Shown here: positions 8,237 to 18,519 of the stretch, in pieces
Position numbering within the stretch: position 1 is the stretch's first letter
Layout of the letters: every line of letters starts with the position of its first letter
NCBI RefSeq assembly: GCF_000027125.1
Contig: NC_017627.1
Length of the DNA: 64,000 bases
Strand: one strand, 5' to 3'
From: Escherichia coli 042
GTDB taxonomy: Bacteria; Pseudomonadota; Gammaproteobacteria; Enterobacterales; Enterobacteriaceae
Notes under the pieces: generated by a model
What the model was told of the DNA's origin: nothing
What the model saw: only the letters and a program-made list of their open reading frames with translations
The model's database searches: none
Translations under genes and position numbers: made by a program

Positions 8237-9451
8237 ATGAAATTCGCTATTGTCTTATTGTATTTTTTTGCCTATTATCTTGCAGCAAGAAAAAGACGAG
8301 TGAGTCTTTTTTTTACTATTCTTTTATACTCTATCATTTTCTCTGGGATGTATTTTTCTAGTGGTTTTTTAGAATATTATGGCAGTTCTAATTTATACCT
8401 TTCATTTGGATTACTCTGCTATAATATGATAACCCTTGTCATATATGGTTTCCTGAGTTCTTATGGGTTACTTGGAGCATGTCTACATGCACTTTCATTA
8501 ACCTCATTATCCGCCTTCGGGATGTTTATACCATTAAATCCATTGATTGTTTTATATTATGATTTTCCTAGCATCTTACCAAGAACAGATATTCCTGTTT
8601 TAAATTTATTAATATTAAATCTTATTCCTGCAGTTACATTTAGTCTAAAAATATCATTTTTTCTCCGTTCTCTTATATTATTATTGTTATTTCCGCTAAT
8701 ATGGAAAACGCCGGTTAATATAACTCATCCCCCTCTGAACATTGTGATTGTACAGGTTGGCCTTTATTTTAAAAAAGTAGGTGTCAGAGGTAATTTTTAT
8801 ACGGATCTCAATGAGTTCGTCAGAAATAAGAAGGTTGATCTAATTATTCTCTCAGAAAATGTTTTTTTCGGTTACAAGAATGATTATATAAAGGAAAGAA
8901 CTAAACATCTCTTAAAGCAATTAAAAGATAATCGACTCCACTACAAATATGGGATATTAATGAATCTTTATGGATATCAAGACATTAATAACGTAGTGTC
9001 TGCTTTCTGGCATAAAGAAGAATTTCTTCTCCACCAAAAAAGCAAATTGATACCTTTTTTTGAGAAGAAAAGTTTTTATAACTCACCAGAACCATCGACA
9101 TCACCTTTTCTATATTATAAAAAGAAATATAATGAGCAGGACATCCTGGATTTCAACAACATTAAAATGAGTATTCATATATGTTATGAGGGATTATTCC
9201 CTGAGGGTGAATCTCGAAGAAAAGATATCTCCATTGTTCAATCCGATTATTCATGGTTGAGTGACAATCACAAATATGACAACACCCTTATTAATGGAAG
9301 TATATTATCGAAATTCTCTGTTTCGCCGAACACTCCTCTTATTAATATTCAAAATTATGGTGGGACAGTTTTTATAGACAATAATTGGAAAATTGATATG
9401 GACTTATTTAATAGGTCAAAAACGGAACCTTTTTTATTTACACAGATATGA
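8237..9451 (+). CDS. aatD: AatD, Lnt-like (CN-hydrolase) N-acyltransferase
   Basis: 404 aa with a polytopic N-terminus and a C-terminal nitrilase-fold E-K-C triad context (LIILSENVF, HQKSKLIPFFE, HICYEGLF). Confidence 0.9.
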   Translation: MKFAIVLLYFFAYYLAARKRRVSLFFTILLYSIIFSGMYFSSGFLEYYGSSNLYLSFGLLCYNMITLVIYGFLSSYGLLGACLHALSLTSLSAFGMFIPLNPLIVLYYDFPSILPRTDIPVLNLLILNLIPAVTFSLKISFFLRSLILLLLFPLIWKTPVNITHPPLNIVIVQVGLYFKKVGVRGNFYTDLNEFVRNKKVDLIILSENVFFGYKNDYIKERTKHLLKQLKDNRLHYKYGILMNLYGYQDINNVVSAFWHKEEFLLHQKSKLIPFFEKKSFYNSPEPSTSPFLYYKKKYNEQDILDFNNIKMSIHICYEGLFPEGESRRKDISIVQSDYSWLSDNHKYDNTLINGSILSKFSVSPNTPLINIQNYGGTVFIDNNWKIDMDLFNRSKTEPFLFTQI

Positions 9452-9608
9452 GTAATGCACTAACTTTCAGTTGAAAATAGAAGTGCTATTATATTAACTA
9501 ATGTATAGGGAAATTTTTAGAGATAATTAAAGTAAATATTGGCGTTGAACAATAACGCTAATATCGAGGTGAATATGATTTGCTGACTGGCAATATAACG
9601 AAAGATTA

Positions 9609-9633
9609 AAACTCTCTGAAAAGAGAGTTTATC
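9609..9633 (+). terminator. Possible terminator downstream of aat operon
   Basis: Hairpin AAACTCTC-TGAAAA-GAGAGTTT followed by ATCATT, ~160 nt after the aatD stop. The T-tract is short. Confidence 0.35.
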
Positions 9634-9837
9634 ATTAGTATGGCCACATAGAAGTTATGTCATAGCAATATAAAATAGCTTTTATTAGCTTTTAAAATAA
9701 AATCCTGATGAATATAAGTAAGCGGCTCGTCAGAACCGTATTGATATTTACTGAGAGCTCAGATCAACTTTCCAAGGCAACAGATCGCGTACCCGGTTTG
9801 TCGGCCAGTCCTGGATATGCTCAATGACGTAACGCAG

Positions 9838-11286
9838 TCATTTTTCTGGCTCCACATTGTTCAGACGGCATGTGCCGATCAGCGAGTACAACACCGCCGC
9901 ATGTTCGCCACCGCTGTCGGAACCCGCGAACAGCCAGTTTTTCCGGCCTACAGCTACTCCCCGTAAGGCGTTCTCTGTAATGTTGTTGTCGATTTCCACC
10001 CAGCCATCGTTCGCATAGTACGTCAGTGCCGGCCACTGGTTAAGTGCGTACGCGAACGCCTTCGCCAACTCTGAGTGTCGTGACAGGGTCTTCATCTTTT
10101 CACGCAACCAGCTTTCCAGGGATTTCAACAGCGGTTTCGTTTTTCGCTGACGTTCAGCAAGCCGCTGCTCTGCCGGCATTCCCCTTATATCCGCCTCTAT
10201 GGCGTACAACTGACCGATCTGCTCCAGGGCTTCTTCCGTCATTGCTGGCGGGATGCGGACGTGCACATCGTGGATCTTTCGGCGGGCATGAGCACAGCAG
10301 GCAGCTTCCGTTATCCCACCATTGCGATACAGCTCGTTGAACCCGGCGTACGCATCCGCTTGCAGCACACCGCTGAAGCAAGCAAGATGAGTCTGCGGAT
10401 GGATGCCTTTTCTGTCCGGGCTGTAAGCGAACCTCACTGCAGGTGCCAACGCTGACCCGGCATTGCGGTCATCACGAACATACGCCCACAACCGCCCGGT
10501 CTTCGTCTTCTTATTACCCGGCAGCAGTACCTGGACCGGGGTATCATCGGCATGGAGTTTGCCGTCAGTCATGACATAGCCATGAAGCGCCTCTTCCAGC
10601 GGAGACAGCAGCCGGCAGCATGCATCCACCCAGCCCGACAGCAGTGAACGGCTCAGCTCCACACCTTGCCGGCCGTATATTTCTGACTGGCGATACAGCG
10701 GGGTGTGCTCTGCATACTTCGAGGTCAGCACGCGGGCCAGCAGCCCCGGTCCGGCGATACCCCGCTCGATGGGCCGCGAAGGTGCAGGTGCCTGCACGAT
10801 GGCATCGCACTGAGTACAGGCATGTTTTTCCCGTACCGTCCGGATAACCCGGAAGGCGCTACGCATCAACTCCAGCTGTTCGGCGGTATCCTCGCCCAGA
10901 TAGCTCAGTGAACCGCCGCAGTTCGGGCAGCACGGCGCCGCAGGCAACAGTCGCTTTTCGTCACGGGGTAGTGATTCAGGGAACGGCTTACGGGGGCGGG
11001 TCTGACGCAACGGACGCTGTACTGCCGGGTCATACACCCTACCAGTCAGCGTATCGCTCTCTTTCTGAAGTCGGTTCAGATCGGCTTCCATTTGTGCGAT
11101 ACGGCGGGAGACTTTTTCGGAACGACTGCCGAAGTTCATCCGGCGGAGTTTATCCAGCTGCACCTGCAGATGGTCTATTTCGCGCTCCCGGTTGCTCAGC
11201 TTTTCCTGCAGGGAGTGGATCAGCGCTTCCTGTTCGGCCAGGCGCTGTTTCAGCAGGAAGATGTCGTCAGAAGAGATGTCGTTCAT
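9838..11286 (-). pseudogene. IS66-family transposase TnpC with premature stop
   Basis: 482 aa ending ...RLNNVEPEK*. The copy at 46839..48410 continues ...[14 protein letters not shown], so this is a TGG to TGA change with the tail still in frame at 9746..9837. Confidence 0.8.
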
Positions 11287-11335
11287 AAGCCCGTATTTTA
11301 CCGGGCTTATTCTGTGACAACCAGGATAAAGAGAT

Positions 11336-11683
11336 TTACAGCATGGTCAGGGAGATCAGCAGCCGCTTGGGCTGTCGCCAGTCGATACCTTCCAGCAGCA
11401 TCGCCAGCTGCGCCTGTGTAAGGAACACTTTGCCATCACGGGCTGACGGCCAGGCGAAGCGCCCACGCTCCAGCCGTTTGGTCAGGAGGCACAGTCCGTC
11501 ACCGGTGGACCACAGCAGTTTAACCTGACTGCCGCTGCGGCCCCGGAAAATGAAAACATGGCCGGACATGGGATCGTCTTTCAGCGCCGTCTGTACTTTC
11601 GCAGCCAGGCCGTTGAAGCCATTTCTCATATCGGTGATACCGGCAACCAGCCAAATTTTGGTCCCGGAAGGTAACGGGATCAT
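11336..11683 (-). CDS. IS66-family TnpB
   Basis: 115 aa, [27 protein letters not shown]..., homologous to 48430..48777. Confidence 0.85.
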   Translation of the reverse strand: MIPLPSGTKIWLVAGITDMRNGFNGLAAKVQTALKDDPMSGHVFIFRGRSGSQVKLLWSTGDGLCLLTKRLERGRFAWPSARDGKVFLTQAQLAMLLEGIDWRQPKRLLISLTML

Positions 11684-12081
11684 CGCTTCAGTTTCTGTAT
11701 CAGCAGAGTCAGGAGCTTTTCGCTGACATAGCCATTGAAGCGGAGCGTCCCGTGCCGGAACGTTACCTCACAGCTGATACTGAGGGTTTCCGGGTCCTCT
11801 GCGAGCGATTCTGGCTGTTCGGCAGCTGCATCGAGAGTCACAGGAAGTAGCTGGGGGCTCTCTGAAGAAGGTAATAGCAGCTTTCCCTCGCGCCATTGTT
11901 GTCGCCATTTGAACAACAGATTGGCGTTAATGCCATTTTCAAGAGCAAGTTTTGAGATGGATATCCCGGGTTCACAGGAGGCAGCAGCGAGCTGCCGTTT
12001 AAATTCGGGAGGATAATTAGGGCAGCCTTTTCGCCTGCCGGGAGTCACATTTTTCTGCATATCTGACACTTTGGTTCCCAC
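11680..12081 (-). CDS. IS66-family TnpA (HTH protein)
   Basis: 133 aa with the ...NYPPEFKRQLAAASCEPGISISKLALENGINANLLFKWRQQW HTH typical of IS66 orfA. It overlaps tnpB by 4 nt. Confidence 0.8.
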   Translation of the reverse strand: MGTKVSDMQKNVTPGRRKGCPNYPPEFKRQLAAASCEPGISISKLALENGINANLLFKWRQQWREGKLLLPSSESPQLLPVTLDAAAEQPESLAEDPETLSISCEVTFRHGTLRFNGYVSEKLLTLLIQKLKR

Positions 12082-12088
12082 TACTTAT

Positions 12089-12375
12089 TGAAGTGCGCCC
12101 CAATAGTTAGACACCAGATCTGTAACTGAGGAGCGTATGAGCAAATTTTCATTAGAATTCAAAAGGGAAGTATCCCAAAAATACCTGGAAGGTGAGCTGA
12201 GTTTGAAGTCTGTTGGAAAAATGTACAATATTAACCCCAGCCCGGTAAGGAAATGGGCTTATGTTTACCGTAAGCACGGATTAAAAACACTGACTGGGCA
12301 AAAAGGACGTTATGACGATAACTTCAGATTGAATGTGGTCAGAGATGTTATTGATAATTCTCTTTCTATGTAAGC
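12089..12375 (+). mobile_element. IS3-family left-end fragment with truncated orfA
   Basis: IRL-like TGAAGTGCGCCCCAATAGTTAGACACC at 12089. orfA 12137..12373 (MSKFSLEFKREVSQKYLEGELSLKSVGKMYNINPSPVRKWAYVYRKHG...) breaks off and no orfB follows. Confidence 0.6.
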
Positions 12376-12611
12376 GCCCCGAGAAGTACGTAGCGTAAGG
12401 ATTATTTTACCGTTGAGCAGTTCCAGGGCAGCACTCGGGGCTTCGCCCTGTCGCTCGGCTGCGGCGAGCACTGCTGGCTCGATCATATCCGTAACCAAAA
12501 GTACGCCGCACTGGGTAAAATGCGGCATATCCAGACATTTCACTAAGCAATTTGAATTCAGCAGACCTCATCGGCGAGCTGGACGTTCGCCAGCATCATT
12601 CTTCTAATTAC

Positions 12612-13418
12612 TTAAATATTCCCTTTCAGCATGGCTACCGCATCCACTTCAGGCATCGCAAACTGCACCCGGTGCCGTGCAGCCACATCCAGTGCAAACA
12701 CCTTCGTGTAGACCTCCGTTGAGCTGATGGACTTATGCCCCATCAGGCTCTGCAGGACCTTCAGCGGTATACCGGCATACAGCATGTGCATCGCATAGGA
12801 ATGGCGGAACGTATGTGGTGTGACCGGAACAGAGAACGTCACACCATCAGCAGCAGCGGTGGCAACCGCCTCCCCAATCCAGATCCTGACCGTTCTGTCC
12901 GTCACTTCCCAGATCCGCGCTTTCTCTGTCCTGCCTGTTCGTTTATTACGCCGTTCCAGAGGAATTTTCAGTGTTGCCACCATCGTCTGCAGCTGACTGA
13001 CGTACCAGGAGTCGGAGAGCGGAACCAGCCGGTGAGTCTGCTGTCCGGCAGGCGTTCTTCCTGCCGTCCTGGCGGCTTTTTCGGTCCGCTGCTTCAGAGT
13101 GGCCAGCTGCACAAACGGATACGGAGGCGTGAGCGAAAAATCCCCCCGCGTCAGCGCCAGTGCTTCATTAATGCGCGCACCGGTGTTCCACAGTGTGGCC
13201 AGCAGCATCTTGCGGCGCAGATCCGGGACGTAATGGAGCAGGGCACTCACTTCAGGGGCTAGCAGGTATTTTGGCAGTTCATCATGAACCATCGACATCT
13301 GGCGGAGTGCCAGCGCAGCCGGATAATCAATGGCAACAGGCAGCGATGCAGGCTGTCCGGCAGAATACACTGCCGGTACCATGGCTGCAGACTGGCTGTG
13401 TATAACGGAGCCTGACAT
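12612..13418 (-). CDS. resD: Tyrosine site-specific recombinase, F-plasmid ResD (D protein)-like
   Basis: 268 aa with the C-terminal catalytic region HTFRHSYAMHMLYAGIPLKVLQSLMGHKSISSTEVYTKV. It sits immediately downstream of ccdB, as in F. Confidence 0.85.
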   Translation of the reverse strand: MSGSVIHSQSAAMVPAVYSAGQPASLPVAIDYPAALALRQMSMVHDELPKYLLAPEVSALLHYVPDLRRKMLLATLWNTGARINEALALTRGDFSLTPPYPFVQLATLKQRTEKAARTAGRTPAGQQTHRLVPLSDSWYVSQLQTMVATLKIPLERRNKRTGRTEKARIWEVTDRTVRIWIGEAVATAAADGVTFSVPVTPHTFRHSYAMHMLYAGIPLKVLQSLMGHKSISSTEVYTKVFALDVAARHRVQFAMPEVDAVAMLKGNI

Positions 13419-13944
<526 letters not shown>

Positions 13945-14077
13945 AATACACCTCATCTTACACACTCTCTATACACAATTAAGTATACACCAGTATTACG
14001 CTATAGCATGCATCCGGCAATGGAATATTGTTATCAGGCTATTATTAACACTCACATCAATAACCAACATAAAAAGT

Positions 14078-14359
14078 GATCATGGCAATAATATCCGGAA
14101 ATCTAGTAACTATGCTAAATTACAGGATGACTGTTTTTCTATGATCCGATTTTTATCGTATTCAGGATTTTCCGGAAATGAATCACGATCAGTGAATAAG
14201 CGAAGCGATCTTTTCTGTCGCTGATGACTGGCTCGGGAACACGGGAAGAAACACAACATACAGTGTCATGTCAGCAGAGCTGGATACCACATCATGTGAA
14301 AGCGGGCCGGCGAGCGGCAGCGAAGGATCCGCGGATCCGGAACTCACAGAAACCGGATC
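14078..14359. other. GATC-dense region upstream of ccdA (possible RepFIA oriV1/rfsF-type remnant)
   Basis: Seven GATC sites in 282 bp (14078, 14143, 14187, 14207, 14326, 14334, 14356). The region contains the palindrome at 14325..14338. Confidence 0.4.
14325..14338. repeat. Perfect 14-bp palindrome GGATCCGCGGATCC
   Basis: Read directly from the sequence: two GGATCC hexamers flanking CG. Confidence 0.9.
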
Positions 14360-14465
14360 TGCGGGGCAGAAAAGCCCCAGATAATATGATAATTAAGCAA
14401 TACTCATAAAATTATATCAAATATGATTTTTAGCTGTAATAACATTATCAGATGGAACGTGCAGG

Positions 14466-14789
14466 ATGGATGAAGAAAGGGTGTTTTCACTCAGCTATGA
14501 ACAACTGACCCGGTTTGCGGAACAACGCATCCGGAAATGCAATCTGGACAGCCAGGGCGTGACTTATCTCTGCGAATCAGCCAAAGCCGGAGCCGTGCTG
14601 ATCTTCTGGCATGAACTGGCCATAAATGGCTATTCTTCAATGAATGCCATAAAGAGACAGGAGAGCTCATTGACGCCGACTTTCAGCGCCTCAGAAACCT
14701 CATCTGGCCAGATGGTGACAGGTAATGACTCAGAGCCGCTGACCGTCTCCACTGCAGCGGAGAGTGCTGATTGTGCTGGCTGCCCTTGA
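14466..14789 (+). CDS. Hypothetical protein (107 aa)
   Basis: ~58% GC ORF, MDEERVFSLSYEQLTRFAEQRIRKCNLDSQG.... It is divergent from ccdA and its 3' end overlaps the next ORF by 26 nt. I recognise no family. Confidence 0.4.
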   Translation: MDEERVFSLSYEQLTRFAEQRIRKCNLDSQGVTYLCESAKAGAVLIFWHELAINGYSSMNAIKRQESSLTPTFSASETSSGQMVTGNDSEPLTVSTAAESADCAGCP

Positions 14790-15315
14790 TGAAAAACGGC
14801 CAGGCCACGTGCTAACGCGGGACATAGAACGGGTGCTGGAGCGAAGCGGGGAAGCCCCGGTCTACGAGCCAAACCTGCGCGCCTCCTGCCGTCGTCTGGA
14901 GGATGCCGGCTGGCTGCGTACCCTGCGCGCCCCGAATCTGCAGCTGGCAGTGGAGCTGACGGATGCCGGCCGGGCCATAGCACACCCTCTTCTGCTGGCA
15001 GAACAGGACCGCCTCCGGGCAGAACAGCGCGCGGCGGAAGTTGTCGTACTGCCGCTGATCCCGTTGTCAGTTCCGCCCGCAGAAGGCACTTCTGCCAAAG
15101 ACCTGCCGGTGGAGCTGGGCGGCATGACGTATCAGACCTGCCGTGGGGATTTTGTGGTACGTCTCGACGGCAGCACATGTCTGCAGTTATGGAATAAAAA
15201 AGGCAGGGTGGTACGCCTAGAGGGCGAGCCGCTGGACGTGGCGCAGTGGCTGCATGCCTGTCACGATGCCGGAATAGAAGTTCGTGTACAGGTTAATGAA
15301 AGTGTCACTCCGTAA
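14764..15315 (+). CDS. Hypothetical winged-helix-like protein (183 aa)
   Basis: GTG start inside the previous ORF. The segment RDIERVLERSGEAPVYEPNLRASCRRLEDAGWLRTL looks like a wHTH. It may form one frameshifted gene with 14466..14789. Confidence 0.45.
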   Translation: MLIVLAALDEKRPGHVLTRDIERVLERSGEAPVYEPNLRASCRRLEDAGWLRTLRAPNLQLAVELTDAGRAIAHPLLLAEQDRLRAEQRAAEVVVLPLIPLSVPPAEGTSAKDLPVELGGMTYQTCRGDFVVRLDGSTCLQLWNKKGRVVRLEGEPLDVAQWLHACHDAGIEVRVQVNESVTP

Positions 15316-15323
15316 ATAAACAC

Positions 15324-15414
15324 TGCACTGAAATTTCTTTTTTTCATTGGAGCACCTGAACAGAGGTAAGCATATCACCTCTGTTCAGGTAGCTAAATTT
15401 AGTATGCCACCTCA
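15324..15414 (-). mobile_element. IS911-like IRL remnant containing a perfect 14-bp-stem palindrome
   Basis: Aligns with 37676..37769 (GAAATTTCTTTTTTTCATTGGAGCACCTG...CACCTCTGTTCAGGT). Arms ACCTGAACAGAGGT / ACCTCTGTTCAGGT lie at 15354..15390. Confidence 0.6.
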
Positions 15415-15579
15415 AGGTTCTTAGTGAGCCGTTTTTAAAAGATATGATAATATATTATTATTTATAAACTGTTGATGTTTGGTTTAGTAGTATATAAAGT
15501 TCACTAACTTTATTAGGCTTTCCTTTTATCTCTACTTACTGGGTGCCAGAAACTTTAAATTTTAAACGGAGGGGGCATT

Positions 15580-16401
15580 TTGTTTAAAGCAAATCATGTT
15601 CCGGTATTAATGTATCATCATGTCAGCCATTGCCCAGGACTGGTTACACTTTCTCCCGAGACATTCCGGAAACAAATGAAATGGTTGGCTGAAAACAACT
15701 GGAAAACACTGTCATCAGATGAACTGGAGTTTTTTTATCGGGGCGGAAAACTTCCCCGTAAAAGCGTTATGTTGACATTTGATGATGGATACCTTGACAA
15801 CTGGTTTCAGGTATATCCTTTATTAAACGAGTTTAATCTCAAAGCACATGTTTTTTTAATTACCAGTTTTATTGGAAATGGTCCGGTTCGTCACTCTCCT
15901 GGAAAGGAATATTCTCATCGCGATTGCGAACATCAAATAGCAACCGGGAATGCTGATAATGTTATGCTTCGCTGGTCTGAAGTGAACGAAATGTTGCAAT
16001 CTGGTCTGGTCGAATTTCATGTTCATACGTATACTCATACACGTTGGGATAAAAAGTTCACTTCACGAGAAGAACAGTGTAAACATCTTCGGCAGGACTT
16101 ATTGAGCGGGAGAGAATATTTAAAAAAAATGACAGGAAAATGCAGTAAACATTTGTGTTGGCCGGAAGGTTATTATAACAAGGATTATATTCAGATCGCT
16201 GAAGAACTTGGATTCCATTATTTATATACAACAGAAAGAAGAATGAATGCTCCCGCTAAAGGAGCTGCACGGATAGGAAGAATAAGCACCAAGGAGCGGG
16301 AAAGTTGCGCATGGCTGAAAAGACGACTTTTTTATTATACAACACCTTTTTTTTCATCGTTGCTGGCCCTTTATAAGGGGCCAAGATTACCGGATGACTA
16401 A
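15580..16401 (+). CDS. shf: Shf, polysaccharide deacetylase-family protein
   Basis: 273 aa with a TTG start. It carries the NodB-type motif VMLTFDDGYLDNW and His motifs (HVHTYTH). It is first in the shf-capU-virK order known from EAEC and Shigella plasmids. Confidence 0.9.
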   Translation: MFKANHVPVLMYHHVSHCPGLVTLSPETFRKQMKWLAENNWKTLSSDELEFFYRGGKLPRKSVMLTFDDGYLDNWFQVYPLLNEFNLKAHVFLITSFIGNGPVRHSPGKEYSHRDCEHQIATGNADNVMLRWSEVNEMLQSGLVEFHVHTYTHTRWDKKFTSREEQCKHLRQDLLSGREYLKKMTGKCSKHLCWPEGYYNKDYIQIAEELGFHYLYTTERRMNAPAKGAARIGRISTKERESCAWLKRRLFYYTTPFFSSLLALYKGPRLPDD

Positions 16402-16403
16402 TA

Positions 16404-17492
16404 ATGAATATACTATTTACGGAATCATCACCGAATATAGGTGGTCAGGAATTACAGGCTGTTGCTCAAATGAAGGCCCTGAAGAAAATGGGGCATTCAG
16501 TTCTGCTTGTCTGCAGGGAGAACAGCAAAATTGCTTTTGAAGCCAGTAAGTTTGGAATTGATATCACATTCGCGTTATTTCGAAACAGTCTTCACATTCC
16601 TACTGTATGGAGATTACTCGGAATAGTTCATAGTTTTCAGCCCGATGCAATCGTTTGTCACAGTGGACATGATAGTAATATTGTTGGTTTGGTACGGTTT
16701 TTTACCTGGAAACATCCATTCAGAATTATCAGGCAAAAGACATATTTGACACGAAAAACAAAATTTTTCTCAATAAATCATTTTTGCGATGAAGTGATTG
16801 TTCCCGGAACAAGTATGAAGACACATCTGGAGCAGGAAGGATGTCGAACTCGGGTTACTGTTGTGCCGCCTGGCTTTGATTTCCAGGAATTATACGTTGA
16901 TTCCCGAAACAGTTTGCCTCCGAGTGTTCTTTCCTGGCTGGCGTCCCGAAGAGGATGCCCCGTAATTGCTCAGGTAGGAATGTTGCGCCCGGAAAAAGGG
17001 CACGAATTTATGTTGAATTTACTGTTCCATTTAAAAATGAATGGACGACAGTTCTGTTGGTTGATTGTGGGGTCTGGTTCGCCTGAACTGCGGGAGCATT
17101 TACAGTATCAGATTGACAGTATGGGCATGCATGATGATGTTTTTATTGCTGACAATGTTTTTCCTGCCGCCCCCGTATATCGGGTTGCCAGTCTGGTGGT
17201 TCTGCCTTCAGAAAACGAATCTTTTGGTATGGTGCTGGCAGAAGCATCGGCATTTTCTGTGCCTGTAGTGGCCACTCAGATTGGTGGAATCCCTGAGGTT
17301 ATTCAGAACAACCAGACCGGGACATTGTTACCAGCAGGTAATAAGCACGCATGGATGTGCGCCCTGAATGATTTTTTTAATGACCCTGGGCGTTTTTATC
17401 AGATGGCTCGCCTGGCAAAACAGGATATAGAAGAGCGGTTTGATATTAATAAAACTGTGTTAAAAATACTCACATTAGCGAAGCACAAGTAA
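16404..17492 (+). CDS. capU: CapU, GT4-family hexosyltransferase homologue
   Basis: 362 aa with a C-terminal E-x7-E region PSENESFGMVLAEASAFSVPVVATQIGGIPEVI. Confidence 0.9.
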   Translation: MNILFTESSPNIGGQELQAVAQMKALKKMGHSVLLVCRENSKIAFEASKFGIDITFALFRNSLHIPTVWRLLGIVHSFQPDAIVCHSGHDSNIVGLVRFFTWKHPFRIIRQKTYLTRKTKFFSINHFCDEVIVPGTSMKTHLEQEGCRTRVTVVPPGFDFQELYVDSRNSLPPSVLSWLASRRGCPVIAQVGMLRPEKGHEFMLNLLFHLKMNGRQFCWLIVGSGSPELREHLQYQIDSMGMHDDVFIADNVFPAAPVYRVASLVVLPSENESFGMVLAEASAFSVPVVATQIGGIPEVIQNNQTGTLLPAGNKHAWMCALNDFFNDPGRFYQMARLAKQDIEERFDINKTVLKILTLAKHK

Positions 17493-17496
17493 CAAT

Positions 17497-18447
17497 ATGT
17501 TTTCTATAAGTAACTTATCATTTATCGGTTTCCTTAAAAGGATTGTTTTTTCCTCAGATTCACTACCGGGGAAATGGGAACACAGAAAATTTCGGTTCAT
17601 GTACATTTTGCGATGTTCTATAAATCCGGTTGTCAGTATTCGATATTATTACGAACTGCGTTCCTTGCCGTGCATTGAGGATATTCTGGCAATACACCCC
17701 ACGTTGCCAGCAAGAATTCATCGCCCTTATTTGCATAAAGGGGGGCGCGCCTGGACCCGGGGACAATATATTCTTGAGCATTATCGCTTTGTGCAAAATT
17801 TGCCAGAAAAATATTCTAAATTTTTGTTTCCACAAAAATCGGTATCATTAGTCCAATTCATCGGGAAAGATGGAGAGAATTTTGATATCCAGTGTTCTCC
17901 CAGTGGTTTTGACCGGGAAGGAGAGTTGATGTTGTCATTGTTTTACAATAAAACAGTTATTGCCCGGTTAACATATTCAGTCATTCTGACTCAAAATGGA
18001 CACATTGCTTTTATTGGCGGATTACAGGGAGCCCCTAAAAATACCGGACCTGATGTTATTCGGTGCGCAACCCGGGCCTGTTATGGGCTTTTCCCAAAAC
18101 GGATTATTTTTGAAGCATTTTGTGCGTTGATGAAAGCTTGTAATGTCTCTGAGTGTCTGGCAGTCAGTGAGCACAGTCATGTTTTCCGGCAATTGAGATA
18201 CTGGTATCAGAAACGCAAAACCTTTGTTGCGGTCTATAGTGATTTCTGGGAGTCTGTAGCAGGAAAAACCTGTGGTGACTGGTACAGATTACCAACACAG
18301 GTGATTCGAAAGCCGCTAAGCGATATAGCCAGTAAAAAACGCTCTGAGTACCGAAAACGATACGCTTTGTTGGATTATATCCATGAAACTACTATCCGCT
18401 CTTTGGATGCATATCCTGTACACTCAGAACATCAGAATTCAAATTAA
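17497..18447 (+). CDS. virK: VirK (DUF535-family virulence-associated protein)
   Basis: 316 aa in the conserved position after capU. No msbB2 homologue follows. Confidence 0.88.
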   Translation: MFSISNLSFIGFLKRIVFSSDSLPGKWEHRKFRFMYILRCSINPVVSIRYYYELRSLPCIEDILAIHPTLPARIHRPYLHKGGRAWTRGQYILEHYRFVQNLPEKYSKFLFPQKSVSLVQFIGKDGENFDIQCSPSGFDREGELMLSLFYNKTVIARLTYSVILTQNGHIAFIGGLQGAPKNTGPDVIRCATRACYGLFPKRIIFEAFCALMKACNVSECLAVSEHSHVFRQLRYWYQKRKTFVAVYSDFWESVAGKTCGDWYRLPTQVIRKPLSDIASKKRSEYRKRYALLDYIHETTIRSLDAYPVHSEHQNSN

Positions 18448-18519
18448 GATTTGATGTATCCTCTGAATAAAACAGTAATGATAATTTTGGTAGAGGCATT
18501 CGCACTAAATAATGAAAAT

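Larger units (their letters stand above)
9718..12088 (-). mobile_element. IS66-family element (copy 1), left end truncated
   Basis: The terminus GTAAGCGGCTCGTCAGAACCGTATTGATATT at 9718 is identical to 46809. It has the tnpA-tnpB-tnpC order, and the orfA side is cut 7 nt upstream of tnpA by an IS3-family IRL at 12089. Confidence 0.85.

Noticed and set aside
12376-12611. Possible small gene or toxin-antitoxin remnant downstream of resD (peptide ...CGVLLVTDMIEPAVLAAAERQGEAPSAALELLNGKII).
   Set aside because: There is no start or RBS and I recognise no family. It is interrupted by the IS3-family fragment junction, so I treat it as an unassignable remnant.
15520-15558. Possible AggR-type site upstream of shf (TTCCTTTTATC).
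   Set aside because: The A/T tract is interrupted by CC, and no acceptable -10 lies 21-22 nt downstream (CTTTAA). It is not comparable to the other sites.
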